Assembly (NCBI GenBank): GCA_040220235.1
Contig: JAVJTO010000011.1
From: Coleofasciculus sp. B1-GNL1-01
GTDB lineage: Bacteria > Cyanobacteriota > Cyanobacteriia > Cyanobacteriales > Coleofasciculaceae
Reading direction: 5' to 3' (one strand)
Length of the DNA: 64,000 nucleotides
Position numbers and translations under genes: made by a program. This document shows positions 41,700-51,408 of this stretch, piece by piece (the stretch's first letter is position 1; every line of letters starts with the position of its first letter). The notes under the pieces were generated by a model. It was not told where the DNA came from. It searched no databases and saw nothing but the letters and a program-made list of their open reading frames with translations.

Positions 41700-42188
41700 A
41701 TGATTGTCGGTACAACAGAAGCGGCTAAAATTTTAAATATCTCTACAGCTCGACTGAGAGTCCTGCTGCTCCAAGGCAGAGTGGAAGGCGCTTACAAGAC
41801 CGGGAGGATGTGGTTAATGCCTCTATTTAATGGCAAACCACTGATTCAGCGAGGGAAAAGAGGTCCAGCTCCTCGTTGGCGCAATCCCAGAAAGCCCGCG
41901 AAAACTATCATTCACGTTAATTCACAGAGAATTCGACAGAATCAAAAACATAATTCACACCAGCCAGTGATTACGGTGAAGAAGTGGTGCGACCCCAGGA
42001 CCCTGATTGGAGCTAATGATCAGGCGACCCAAACTGGCAATAGGAATGTCTATGGTCATGAGGTGGAAATACCGGGAGGATGCCGGGTTGTTTATCGTCC
42101 CGATAGTCCCAGATGTGGTGCTAAGGTTTGGATCGAAACGTTTTACAACGTCAAGGTGATTTCTTGGCAGGAGGATGACTCTTCCTGA
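41700..42188 (+). CDS. Excisionase-like HTH DNA-binding protein
   Basis: TTEAAKILNISTARLRVLLLQGRVEGAYKTGRMW. Confidence 0.7.
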   Translation: MIVGTTEAAKILNISTARLRVLLLQGRVEGAYKTGRMWLMPLFNGKPLIQRGKRGPAPRWRNPRKPAKTIIHVNSQRIRQNQKHNSHQPVITVKKWCDPRTLIGANDQATQTGNRNVYGHEVEIPGGCRVVYRPDSPRCGAKVWIETFYNVKVISWQEDDSS

Positions 42189-42294
42189 CCGAAAACTTGG
42201 GTCACAAGCCTCCCCCTGCCATCGGGACTTTTTGAATAATCGTCCGGACGTTTATTCAAAAGTAGTGTATATTGGGGCAAGGAGGTGATGCAAG

Positions 42295-43610
42295 TTGTTT
42301 AAGCTGTCATGCATTTAAATTGGGTATTAGTAGCGAGCAAGATGCTCGCACTACAAGGATTTCACCATTATTGACATTAAGGTTTAAATGCCGAACAGCT
42401 TAATCTAACCTACGAGTTCAAACTCAAGCCCACAAAAACTCAGATAGCCATCTTTGAAGATTGGTTAGAGCAGTGCCGCCGCGTGTATAACTACGCATTG
42501 CGTGAACGCAAGGACTGGTATAACTCTCGTAAGTGTCAGATTAACGCTTGCTCACTCCGATCTGAATACATCATTTCGGCTGATGCTCCTAGACCTACGT
42601 ATGCAAGTCAATGCCGTGGATTAACCGTAGCACGGGCTAATATTCCTGTGCTTAAAAAAGTACAGGTTCATGTCCTCCAACAGACACTTAGACGCCTAGA
42701 AAAAGCGTTTGTCAGTATGTGGGAGGGCGGTCACGGTTTCCCTCGGTTCAAAAAGTTTGGCAGAATGCGGTCTTTTGTATTCCCTCAATTGGGGAAAGAA
42801 CCCATTCAGGGAAACAGGGTTAAGTTGCCCAAAATTGGGTTAGTTAAGTTTAACCAATCACGCCCAATACCAGAAGGGGCAACTCTCAAGCAAGGGCGTG
42901 TAGTTAAGCGTGCATCAGGCTGGTACGTCATGTTAACCCTACAATGGGCGATTGATGTACCTCAACCGATGCCCCATGGAGAGCCAATAGGTCTAGATGT
43001 AGGAATTAGCCATTTTGTAGCTGTCTCAAACGGTAGATTATTCCCCAATCCTAAGCCATTTCGGAAACTTGAGCGCAAGCTTAAATTGCTGCAACAAAGG
43101 GTATCTAGAAAGCGGCTAGGGAGTAATAATCGCCAAAAAGCACAAGCCAAAGTCAGCCGATTGCATGAACGGATAGCCAACATTAGGAAGAATTACCACT
43201 GGGAGTTAGCACATAATCTTTGTGATTGGGCGGGTATGATATTCGTTGAATCACTTAACCTAAAAGCATTAGCAAAAGGAATGTTAGGTAAACACTGCCT
43301 GGATGCTGGCTGGGGTCAATTCCTTCAGGTACTAGAACAATGTTGCTTTAAGCGTGGTGTATTCTTCCTAAAAACAGACGCCAAAAAGACTAGCCAGATA
43401 TGCCCGAATTGCTTAACCGAAACTTCTCAAAAGCTACTGTCTGAGCGTGTCCATTCATGCGGTCACTGCGGCTACACCACCGATAGGGATGTCGCTGCCG
43501 CACAAATAGTCTGTATTCGTGGACAAAGAGCCGTGGGACACACGGTTAAGATGCTTTCTGAGGGTAAATTCATAGGAATCCCTACGACGGAAGAATCACC
43601 GTCCTTATAG
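42295..43610 (+). pseudogene. tnpB: RNA-guided nuclease TnpB interrupted by a MITE at codons 2-3
   Basis: RuvC residues GLDVG, FVESL and DRD; zinc finger CPNC/CGHC; RBS AAGGAGG upstream of TTG 42295; frame is restored when the MITE is removed. Confidence 0.88.
42302..42400. mobile_element. 99-bp MITE, copy 2, inside tnpB
   Basis: TA at 42300-42301 and 42401-42402; matches 15764-15862. Confidence 0.9.
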
Positions 43611-43995
43611 GGCGGTGAGTGTCAATTGTCCCAAGTCGCGTTAAAGATAGCAAATAAACAGGAAACCTTTTCTTGATTAATTCGCGATCGCGCCTCCTGG
43701 GTGTCTTAGATATGAGTAGCGAGTTGCCTGGATCGCACTACCAGAAGGGGAAGGATTATTGGCGTTATGGTTTAAATGCTGAACAGCTTAGATGTGCGAT
43801 AGAGCTAATGTCGTATTTTTTCTCATATCATTTAATTGAAAAAATACAGCTAATATTTCACTAAATTTTACAAAAAGTAAAATCTGTTAATGAAGAGAGA
43901 AAATTCGGCTTTCTGTATGAAGATTCGGTAAAGATTTTCTGTTGACTAATTTTTGAGTTGCCGATTACTCCTAATATAAATAACGAACAACGTTT

Positions 43996-45105
43996 GTGGC
44001 TTTCATCGAGAGTACAAGGCTCATGGTGCATCAATCGCCATTCTCCTCGACGAATTCCCCGTCATTAGAAATAACGGGTTCTCGGCAATTCACGGCTTGG
44101 TTAGCCGAGCAACATCTCAGTCTGGCGTTTACGACCTATCAAGCTGGCAAGGTATTTTTTATTGGAGTACAGCCAACGGGACAGTTATCAATCTTTGAGC
44201 GCACGTTTGAGCGGTGTATGGGGTTGTGTATCGATGGTTCCACCCTTTATTTGAGTTCACTTTATCAGGTATGGCGATTTGAAAATGTTCTGGAAGCAGG
44301 ACAAGTTCACAACGGGTATGACTGTCTTTATGTGCCGCAAGTGGGGTATGTGACGGGGGATTTAGATGTCCATGATGTGGCGGTGGTCGATCCCCCTGTA
44401 ACCCCCCATCCCATCTTTGTCAATACCTTATTTAGCTGTTTAGCCACAGTGAGCGAAACCCACAGTTTTATCCCCTTATGGCAACCCCCGTTTATTTCTA
44501 AGCTGGCGGCGGAAGATCGGTGTCATTTGAATGGTTTAGCGATCGCACAGGGAGAACCCAGGTATGTGACAGCCGTGAGTCAGTCCGATGTTGCTGATGG
44601 CTGGCGGGATAAACGGCGCGATGGGGGTTGTGTGGTGGATGTGGGGAGTAATCAGGTGATTTTGACGGGGTTATCGATGCCTCATTCACCGCGACTGTAT
44701 CGGGAGAAGCTCTGGTTGCTCAATTCTGGCACAGGGGAGTTTGGATATGTTGACTTAGAACGGGGGAGTTTTGAGTCGGTAGCCTTTTGTCCGGGGTATT
44801 TGCGCGGGTTGGCGTTTAGTGGGGATTTTGCCATTGTCGGGTTATCGAAACCGAGGGAGAATAAGACGTTTTCGGGTTTGGCGCTGGATGAGAAGTTAGA
44901 GAGTAAGCAGGCTGAACCGCGATGTGGGTTATTCGTGATTGATTTGCGGAGTGGGGATATTGTCCATTGGTTGCGAATTGAGGGAATAGTCACGGAATTG
45001 TATGACGTGGCGGTATTGCCAGGAATGCGGCGTCCGATGGCGATCGGGTTTAAAACGGATGAAATTCGGCGTATTGTCAGGGTTGGTTCTGTTGAAGAAA
45101 AGTAA
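43996..45105 (+). CDS. TIGR03032/DUF4915 family protein
   Basis: SLAFTTYQAG, FVNTLFSCL, EDRCHLNG, GLSMPHSPR, PGYLRGL; start may be ATG 44023. Confidence 0.88.
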   Translation: MAFIESTRLMVHQSPFSSTNSPSLEITGSRQFTAWLAEQHLSLAFTTYQAGKVFFIGVQPTGQLSIFERTFERCMGLCIDGSTLYLSSLYQVWRFENVLEAGQVHNGYDCLYVPQVGYVTGDLDVHDVAVVDPPVTPHPIFVNTLFSCLATVSETHSFIPLWQPPFISKLAAEDRCHLNGLAIAQGEPRYVTAVSQSDVADGWRDKRRDGGCVVDVGSNQVILTGLSMPHSPRLYREKLWLLNSGTGEFGYVDLERGSFESVAFCPGYLRGLAFSGDFAIVGLSKPRENKTFSGLALDEKLESKQAEPRCGLFVIDLRSGDIVHWLRIEGIVTELYDVAVLPGMRRPMAIGFKTDEIRRIVRVGSVEEK

Positions 45106-45138
45106 TATAGTAACTGAAACCTGACGAAGAAATTTACT

Positions 45139-48100
45139 ATGTTAGCTGCATCTTTCAACCTTTCTGAGCTTAATGGTAGTAATGGCTTCGTCATCAACGG
45201 CATTGATGCGGGTGACTTCTCAGGCGTTTCTGTCAGCTCTGCCGGAGATATCAATGGGGATGGCATTGATGACCTGATTATCGGCGCAAGGCGTGCTGAC
45301 CCCAACGGCAACTCTAATGCAGGGGAAACCTATGTGGTGTTTGGTCAGAGTGAGGGTTTTGATACTTCACTCAACCTGTCTCAACTCGATGGTAGCAATG
45401 GCTTTGTCCTCAATGGCATTGATGCGAATGACGGATCAGGTGATCCAGTCAGCTCAGCTGGAGATATCAATGGGGATGGCATTGATGACCTGATTATCGG
45501 CGCACCTTTTGCTGACCCCAACAGTAACACAAATGCAGGGGAAACCTACATCGTGTTGGGTCAGAGTGGAGGTTTTGATGCTTCTGTTGACCTGTCTCAA
45601 CTCGATGGTAGCAATGGCTTTGTCCTCAACGGCATTGATGAGGATGACTTCTCAGGCGTTTCTGTCAGCTCAGCTGGAGATGTCAATGGGGATGGCATTG
45701 ATGACCTGATTATCGGCGCACCTTTTACTGACCCCAACGGCATCGATAGTGCAGGGGAAACTTATGTGGTGTTTGGTAAGAGTGGGGGTTTTGATGCCTC
45801 TTTCAACTTGTCTCAACTCAATGGTAACAACGGCTTCGTCATCAACGGCATTAATGAGTCTGACTCCTCAGGTCGTTCGGTCAGCTCAGCTGGAGATGTC
45901 AACGGGGATGGCATTGATGACTTGATTATTGGCGCACCTTTTGCTGACCCCAACGGCATCGATAGTGCAGGGGAAACTTATGTAGTGTTTGGCAAAAGTG
46001 GGGGTTTTGATGCCACTCTCAACTTGTCTCAACTTAATGGTAGCAACGGCTTTGTTCTCAACGGCATTGATTTTGGTGACTCCTCAGGTGATCCAGTCAG
46101 CTCAGCTGGAGATATCAATGGGGATGGCATTGATGACTTGATTATCGGCGCACCAACAGCTAATCCCAACGGTAATTACCGTGCAGGGGAAACCTATGTG
46201 GTGTTCGGTAATCAAGGGGGTTTCGATGCTTCTGTTGACCTGTCTCAACTCAATGGTAGCAATGGCTTCGTCATCAACGGCATTGATTTTCGTGACAACT
46301 CAGGTTATTCAGTCAGCTCAGCTGGAGATATCAATGGGGATGGCATTGATGACCTGATTATCGGTACATTAGGTGCTGACCCCAACGGCAATTACCGTGC
46401 AGGGGAAACCTATGTGGTGTTCGGTAATCAAGGGGGTTTTGATGCCACTCTCAACCTGTCTCAACTCAATGGTAGCAATGGCTTTGTTCTCAACGGTATT
46501 GATCGGCGTGACTCCTCAGGTCGTTCAGTCAGCTCAGCTGGAGATATCAATGGGGATGGCATTGATGATTTGATTATCGGCGCACCAGAAGCTGACCCCA
46601 ACGGCAACTCTAATGCAGGGGAAACCTACATCGTATTCGGTAATGCTAATCGACCGCCACAGTTAGACCTCAACGGCGACATGGCAGGTACTGATTTTGC
46701 CACCTTCTTGACTTTACCCGGAGTCGTAGTTCCCATTGTGGATCGCATCAACCTTACCTTAACTGACCCCGACTCTACAACTCTTGAACAAGCAACAGTC
46801 AAGATCAGTAATCTCCAAGACGTTGGGGCTGAAATTCTGGCTGCCGACACAGGTGGTACTAACATTATTGCCAGCTACGATGCCAGCAGTGGCACACTCA
46901 CCCTCAGTGGTGAGGATACCGTTGCCAATTACCAACAAGTTTTGCGGACTCTTACCTATAACAATACCGCCCCAGCGCCTAACCAGACAGAGCGTATCAT
47001 TGATTTTTCAGTGAGTGATGAACTCGGCAAAATTAACGGTACCGTGGTGGCTACGACCACCCTGACGTTTTTGAATTTTGCACCTAACTTATCATTCAAC
47101 CTGTCTCAACTTAACGGTAACAACGGCTTTGTCATCAACGGCATTGATCGGTTGGACAGGTCAGGTAGTTCAGTCAGCTCAGCTGGGGATATCAATGGTG
47201 ATGGCATTGATGACCTGATTATCGGTGCATTAGGTGCTGGCTCCAACGGCAACAGAAATGCAGGGGAAACCTACGTGGTGTTTGGTAATCAAGGGGGTTT
47301 TGATGCTTCTGTTGACCTGTCTCAACTCGATGGTAGCAATGGCTTCGTCCTCAACGGTATTGATAGTTATGACTTCTCAGGTCGTTCAGTCAGCTCAGCT
47401 GGAGATATCAACGGCGATGGCATTGATGACTTGATTATCGGCGCATCTTCTGCTGACCCCAACGGCATCCGTTCTGCAGGGGAAACCTACATTGTGTTTG
47501 GCTCTTCTGAGAGTTTCGATGCCAATTTTAACCTATCTCAACTCAATGGTAGCAACGGCTTCGTCCTCAACGGCATTAATGAGGGTGACTTCTCAGGTCG
47601 TTCAGTCAGCTCAGCTGGAGATATCAATGGGGATGGCATTGATGACCTGATTATTGGCGCATCTTCTGCAGGGGAAACCTATGTAGTGTTTGGTAAGAGT
47701 GGGGGTTTTGATGCCACTCTCAACCTATCTCAACTTAATGGTAGCAACGGCTTTGTCCTTAATGGGTTTGACCGCTCAGGTGATTCAGTCAGCTCAGCTG
47801 GAGATATCAATGGGGATGGCATTGATGACTTGATTATCGGCGCAGATCGAGCTAACCCCAACGGCATCCGTGATGCAGGGGAGACGTATGTAGTGTTTGG
47901 CAAGAGTGGGGGTTTTGATGCCACTCTCAACTTGTCTCAACTGGATGGTAGCAACGGCTTTGTCCTCAATGGTATTGATACGGGTGACTCCTCAGGTTAT
48001 TCAGTCAGCTCAGCTGGAGATATCAATGGGGATGGCATTGATGACTTGATTATCGGCGCACCTTCTGCTAACCCCAATGACACCCCCAGTGCAGGGGAAA

Positions 48101-49353
48101 CTTATGTGGTGTTTGGTAAGAGTGGGGATTTTGATGCCTCTTTCAACCTGTCTCAACTCAATGGTAGCAACGGCTTCGTCCTCAACGGCATTAATGAGCG
48201 TGACTTCTCAGGTCGTTCGGTCAGCAGCGCTGGAGATATCAATGGTGATGGAATTGATGATTTGATTATCGGCGCACCTTTGACTGATCCCAACGGCATC
48301 CGTTATGCAGGGGAGACGTATGTAGTTTACGGTAACCTCGCCCCAGAACTTGACCTCAACGGTAATGATACAGGTATTGATTTTACCACCACCTTTACCG
48401 GAAGTCCTGTCTCGATTGTCAATACTAATAACTTAACCATAACTGACGCCAACACCACCACCCTCGCCAACGCTACCGTCAAAATCACCAATCTCCAAGA
48501 TGGTGCAGCGGAAATCTTGGCTGCTGATACCAGTAATACCAATATCACCGCCAATTACGATCCAATTCTTCGCACCCTCATCCTCAGTGGAGAAGATACC
48601 ATTGCCAATTACCAACAAGTCCTACGAACTGTCACCTATAACAATACCGCCACCACCCCCGACACCACAGACCGGATTATTGAATTTGCGGTCAATGATG
48701 GAGAAGCGCACAGTAACCTGAGTACCATCGCCACCACCACCCTTACCTTCGACTCCGGTGAACCTCCCATCGATGGCACCCCCAATAACGATACCTTAGT
48801 TGGCACTCAAGGGCGCGATCGCATTAACGGATTTGCTGGTCATGACACCATTGCTGGCGGTTTAGGAAATGATCAAATCTTCGGTGGTGACGGGGATGAT
48901 GTCTTACGCGGTGACTTAAACAAACGTTCCCCCCAAATTGGTATCGGTGGCGATGATATCATTTTCGGTGGTGCAGGCAATGACCGCATCGGTGGCAAAG
49001 GGGGAAATGACCAACTCTTTGGTGAAGCCGGGGATGACCAAATCTGGGGGGATGATGGGGATGACATCCTGCGCGGTGGACTCGGTAACGATACCTTAAC
49101 TGGGGATGACTTCTCTGGCGGTAGTGGTAGCGATACCTTTATCCTCGCCATAAACGAAGGAATCGATACAATTGTAGACTTCCAAGACGGTGCCGATTTA
49201 ATCGGTTTAGCCAATGGTCTAACTTTTGGTCAGTTATCGATTACTCAAGATGGCAAAAATACACTGATTGGTTTTGAAGATGAGACGCTGGCTAGGCTCA
49301 AAGGAGTGAACGCCAACCTCTTAACAGAAGCCGATTTTACCATCATTGGCTAG
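45139..49353 (+). CDS. Secreted FG-GAP (integrin-alpha) repeat protein with two cadherin/Ig-like modules and RTX Ca-binding repeats
   Basis: 13 SSAGD(I/V)NGDGIDDLIIG repeats; two PxLDLNG...YQQVLRT modules; GGxGxD nonapeptides; T1SS-type C-terminus LTEADF. Confidence 0.9.
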   Translation: MLAASFNLSELNGSNGFVINGIDAGDFSGVSVSSAGDINGDGIDDLIIGARRADPNGNSNAGETYVVFGQSEGFDTSLNLSQLDGSNGFVLNGIDANDGSGDPVSSAGDINGDGIDDLIIGAPFADPNSNTNAGETYIVLGQSGGFDASVDLSQLDGSNGFVLNGIDEDDFSGVSVSSAGDVNGDGIDDLIIGAPFTDPNGIDSAGETYVVFGKSGGFDASFNLSQLNGNNGFVINGINESDSSGRSVSSAGDVNGDGIDDLIIGAPFADPNGIDSAGETYVVFGKSGGFDATLNLSQLNGSNGFVLNGIDFGDSSGDPVSSAGDINGDGIDDLIIGAPTANPNGNYRAGETYVVFGNQGGFDASVDLSQLNGSNGFVINGIDFRDNSGYSVSSAGDINGDGIDDLIIGTLGADPNGNYRAGETYVVFGNQGGFDATLNLSQLNGSNGFVLNGIDRRDSSGRSVSSAGDINGDGIDDLIIGAPEADPNGNSNAGETYIVFGNANRPPQLDLNGDMAGTDFATFLTLPGVVVPIVDRINLTLTDPDSTTLEQATVKISNLQDVGAEILAADTGGTNIIASYDASSGTLTLSGEDTVANYQQVLRTLTYNNTAPAPNQTERIIDFSVSDELGKINGTVVATTTLTFLNFAPNLSFNLSQLNGNNGFVINGIDRLDRSGSSVSSAGDINGDGIDDLIIGALGAGSNGNRNAGETYVVFGNQGGFDASVDLSQLDGSNGFVLNGIDSYDFSGRSVSSAGDINGDGIDDLIIGASSADPNGIRSAGETYIVFGSSESFDANFNLSQLNGSNGFVLNGINEGDFSGRSVSSAGDINGDGIDDLIIGASSAGETYVVFGKSGGFDATLNLSQLNGSNGFVLNGFDRSGDSVSSAGDINGDGIDDLIIGADRANPNGIRDAGETYVVFGKSGGFDATLNLSQLDGSNGFVLNGIDTGDSSGYSVSSAGDINGDGIDDLIIGAPSANPNDTPSAGETYVVFGKSGDFDASFNLSQLNGSNGFVLNGINERDFSGRSVSSAGDINGDGIDDLIIGAPLTDPNGIRYAGETYVVYGNLAPELDLNGNDTGIDFTTTFTGSPVSIVNTNNLTITDANTTTLANATVKITNLQDGAAEILAADTSNTNITANYDPILRTLILSGEDTIANYQQVLRTVTYNNTATTPDTTDRIIEFAVNDGEAHSNLSTIATTTLTFDSGEPPIDGTPNNDTLVGTQGRDRINGFAGHDTIAGGLGNDQIFGGDGDDVLRGDLNKRSPQIGIGGDDIIFGGAGNDRIGGKGGNDQLFGEAGDDQIWGDDGDDILRGGLGNDTLTGDDFSGGSGSDTFILAINEGIDTIVDFQDGADLIGLANGLTFGQLSITQDGKNTLIGFEDETLARLKGVNANLLTEADFTIIG

Positions 49354-49396
49354 ACCGTTTCTCCATCAATCAACGTCGTGTAAAAACGACAGTATC

Positions 49397-49709
49397 GTAG
49401 GGGCGCACCGACGTGCGCCCTCATCTTACCGACGTGCGCCCCCGATTGATGTCTCTTGGCGTCTACGTTTGTATAGCGGCAAACATTGGAGTAATGGTAA
49501 TGGTGCGTTACGCTTCGCTCTCCTCACCCTACAGCATGACCCACCTAAAATGGTGGATTAGCATTGTAGGGGCGCATGGCGTGCGCCCAATTTAACCATC
49601 AATCTATTAATTTTAGCTGTGTCAGTCCAGTACAGGGCGTTGAGCAGAGGGCGACCCGACCCAATTAATGAGTGGTGTTGTTAATTTATTCCAGCGGGTC
49701 GCCCCTACA
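49397..49709. repeat. REP/MITE cluster
   Basis: Two GTAGGGGCGCA...GTGCGCCC hairpins, a GGGCGACCCG...CGGGTCGCCCCTAC hairpin, and end TTTTAGCTGTGTCAGTCCAGTA related to the 61755 element. Confidence 0.7.
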
Positions 49710-49967
49710 GGTCTTTGTAACCCCCATCACCCCCATCTCCGCTCACCTCACCACTGCCAACAGCAGCCCCTATTTAAGGCTTCTTTTGTTGCCAATAGTA
49801 AAACGGACTCATTAAGCTATACCAAAACAATTGTTGTTCGCAAGCCGCCACAATATCAGTGTTGAGAACCATCCCATACTTAATAAAGCTTGTTACCGTT
49901 GTAGGCTGGGTTGAGGAAAGAAACGAAATTTCCTTGTGTATTCTGATAATCCGCTACAATAGGCGTC

Positions 49968-51275
49968 ATGCCATCATCAAAGAGACCTGCCAACGCCTCC
50001 AGCCAATTCCTCAAACGCCAAGCCGCGTCGCTGTTGCTGTATCAATCGGTTCTGCGTAACGACGGGGGAAAAGCCTTTCTCCGTATTTTGCAAACCCTAA
50101 GCCAGGGTGAAGCGGAACAAACCGATTGCTTGGTCGCGTATGGAAACTGGTTCAAAATCTTAGCCGCCCACGGACAAAGTTGGCAAGATTTTCTGATTCG
50201 GCAAATTCTCCAGGATGAGAATCCCTTTTCTGTGCAAGTGCAACGGGTAGCCCTGGACGATTTACCTCCAGCCCTCGTCACGGCGGCGAAACAGGATTTA
50301 CGCGCCTTGCACCATCTTTCTCAATGTTGCATTGAACAGCTAAGTCGATGGGTGCAAAAAGCTTCTCAGTTAGAAGCACAGCCTGTTTCTTGGAATCTGG
50401 AAACGGTGCAGCCTACGTTTCTACACCACTCTAGTGATTGGACAGAATCACTAGAGGAATTAGCCGCCCACTATCGACACCATGGTACAGGATTATTTGC
50501 CCAATATCATGCCCTGCGTTGGCAGTCGGGTCAATTGCTGGGTATCGCCCACCCTGATCCGATTCAGTTAACTCAATTGGTGGGCTATGAGTCTCAACAA
50601 GCCGCATTAGTTAAAAATACCGAATTCTTACTCGCGGGTTATCCGGCGTTACATGTCTTACTTTATGGCAGTCGTGGTTCAGGTAAGTCATCATTAGTCA
50701 AGGGTTTATTACAAAACTATAAAAATCAGGGACTGCGGTTGATTGAAGTTGCTAAGTCTGACTTAAAAGACCTACCGATGATAGTGGAGCAATTGCGAGA
50801 CGTACCGCAAAAGTTTATCATCTTTGTGGACGATCTCTCCTTTGAAGAAGACGACGATGCATTTAAGGCACTAAAAGTTGTCTTAGAAGGGAGTGTCACC
50901 GCCCGTTCCCCCAATGTAGTCGTTTATGCCACTTCCAATCGACGCCACTTGGTACGGGAATTTTTTGCCGATCGCCCTCGTCCCAGCGATAATAATGAAA
51001 TCCATGCCTGGGATACCTTACAAGAAAAATTATCCTTTAGCGATCGCTTCGGCTTAACTCTGACCTTTGAACCAGCCAACCAAGACGCTTATCTCAACAT
51101 TGTCTATCATTTAGCCCAGCAAGCCAACATCAACTTACCCCAAAATGACTTAAAATCCCGTGCCATTCAATGGGCAACCCGCCATAATGGACGTTCTGGG
51201 CGCAGCGCCCGCCAATTTGTGGATTTTCTCAGCGCTGATTTAGGGATTCGTCCTTCGGATAGGGTAGAAGGGTAG
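49968..51275 (+). CDS. DUF815 family AAA+ ATPase
   Basis: GSRGSGKSS, FVDDLSFE, YATSNRRHL, SFSDRFG, GRSGRSARQF. Confidence 0.9.
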   Translation: MPSSKRPANASSQFLKRQAASLLLYQSVLRNDGGKAFLRILQTLSQGEAEQTDCLVAYGNWFKILAAHGQSWQDFLIRQILQDENPFSVQVQRVALDDLPPALVTAAKQDLRALHHLSQCCIEQLSRWVQKASQLEAQPVSWNLETVQPTFLHHSSDWTESLEELAAHYRHHGTGLFAQYHALRWQSGQLLGIAHPDPIQLTQLVGYESQQAALVKNTEFLLAGYPALHVLLYGSRGSGKSSLVKGLLQNYKNQGLRLIEVAKSDLKDLPMIVEQLRDVPQKFIIFVDDLSFEEDDDAFKALKVVLEGSVTARSPNVVVYATSNRRHLVREFFADRPRPSDNNEIHAWDTLQEKLSFSDRFGLTLTFEPANQDAYLNIVYHLAQQANINLPQNDLKSRAIQWATRHNGRSGRSARQFVDFLSADLGIRPSDRVEG

Positions 51276-51408
51276 CAGGATGCAAAAGTTATATCGTATT
51301 GTAGGGGCGGGTTTAGCCATTTAATTGATGGGTAGACTGATAACTTATCAACAAAACCCGCCCTCTTTGTATTTAGATTTGAGACATAAGACCAATGACA
51401 TAAGACCA

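Larger units (their letters stand above)
42205..43625 (+). mobile_element. IS200/IS605-family (IS1341-type, tnpB-only) element
   Basis: tnpB; right-end hairpin TCACCGTCCTTATAGGGCGGTGA followed by GTGTCAA; palindrome at ~42229-42261; left end approximate. Confidence 0.75.

Noticed and set aside
42483..43610. TnpB as a nuclease-dead TldR-type regulator or a Cas12
   Set aside because: RuvC D/E/D residues are present, IS ends are visible, and there is no array
44682..45311. 209-aa antisense ORF and the other short ORFs overlapping long genes
   Set aside because: Shadow frames of genes with clear motifs; no independent signatures
45139..48330. Regular ~216-bp repeats as a CRISPR array or DGR target
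   Set aside because: They are in-frame FG-GAP coding repeats; no unique spacers, cas genes or reverse transcriptase in the window
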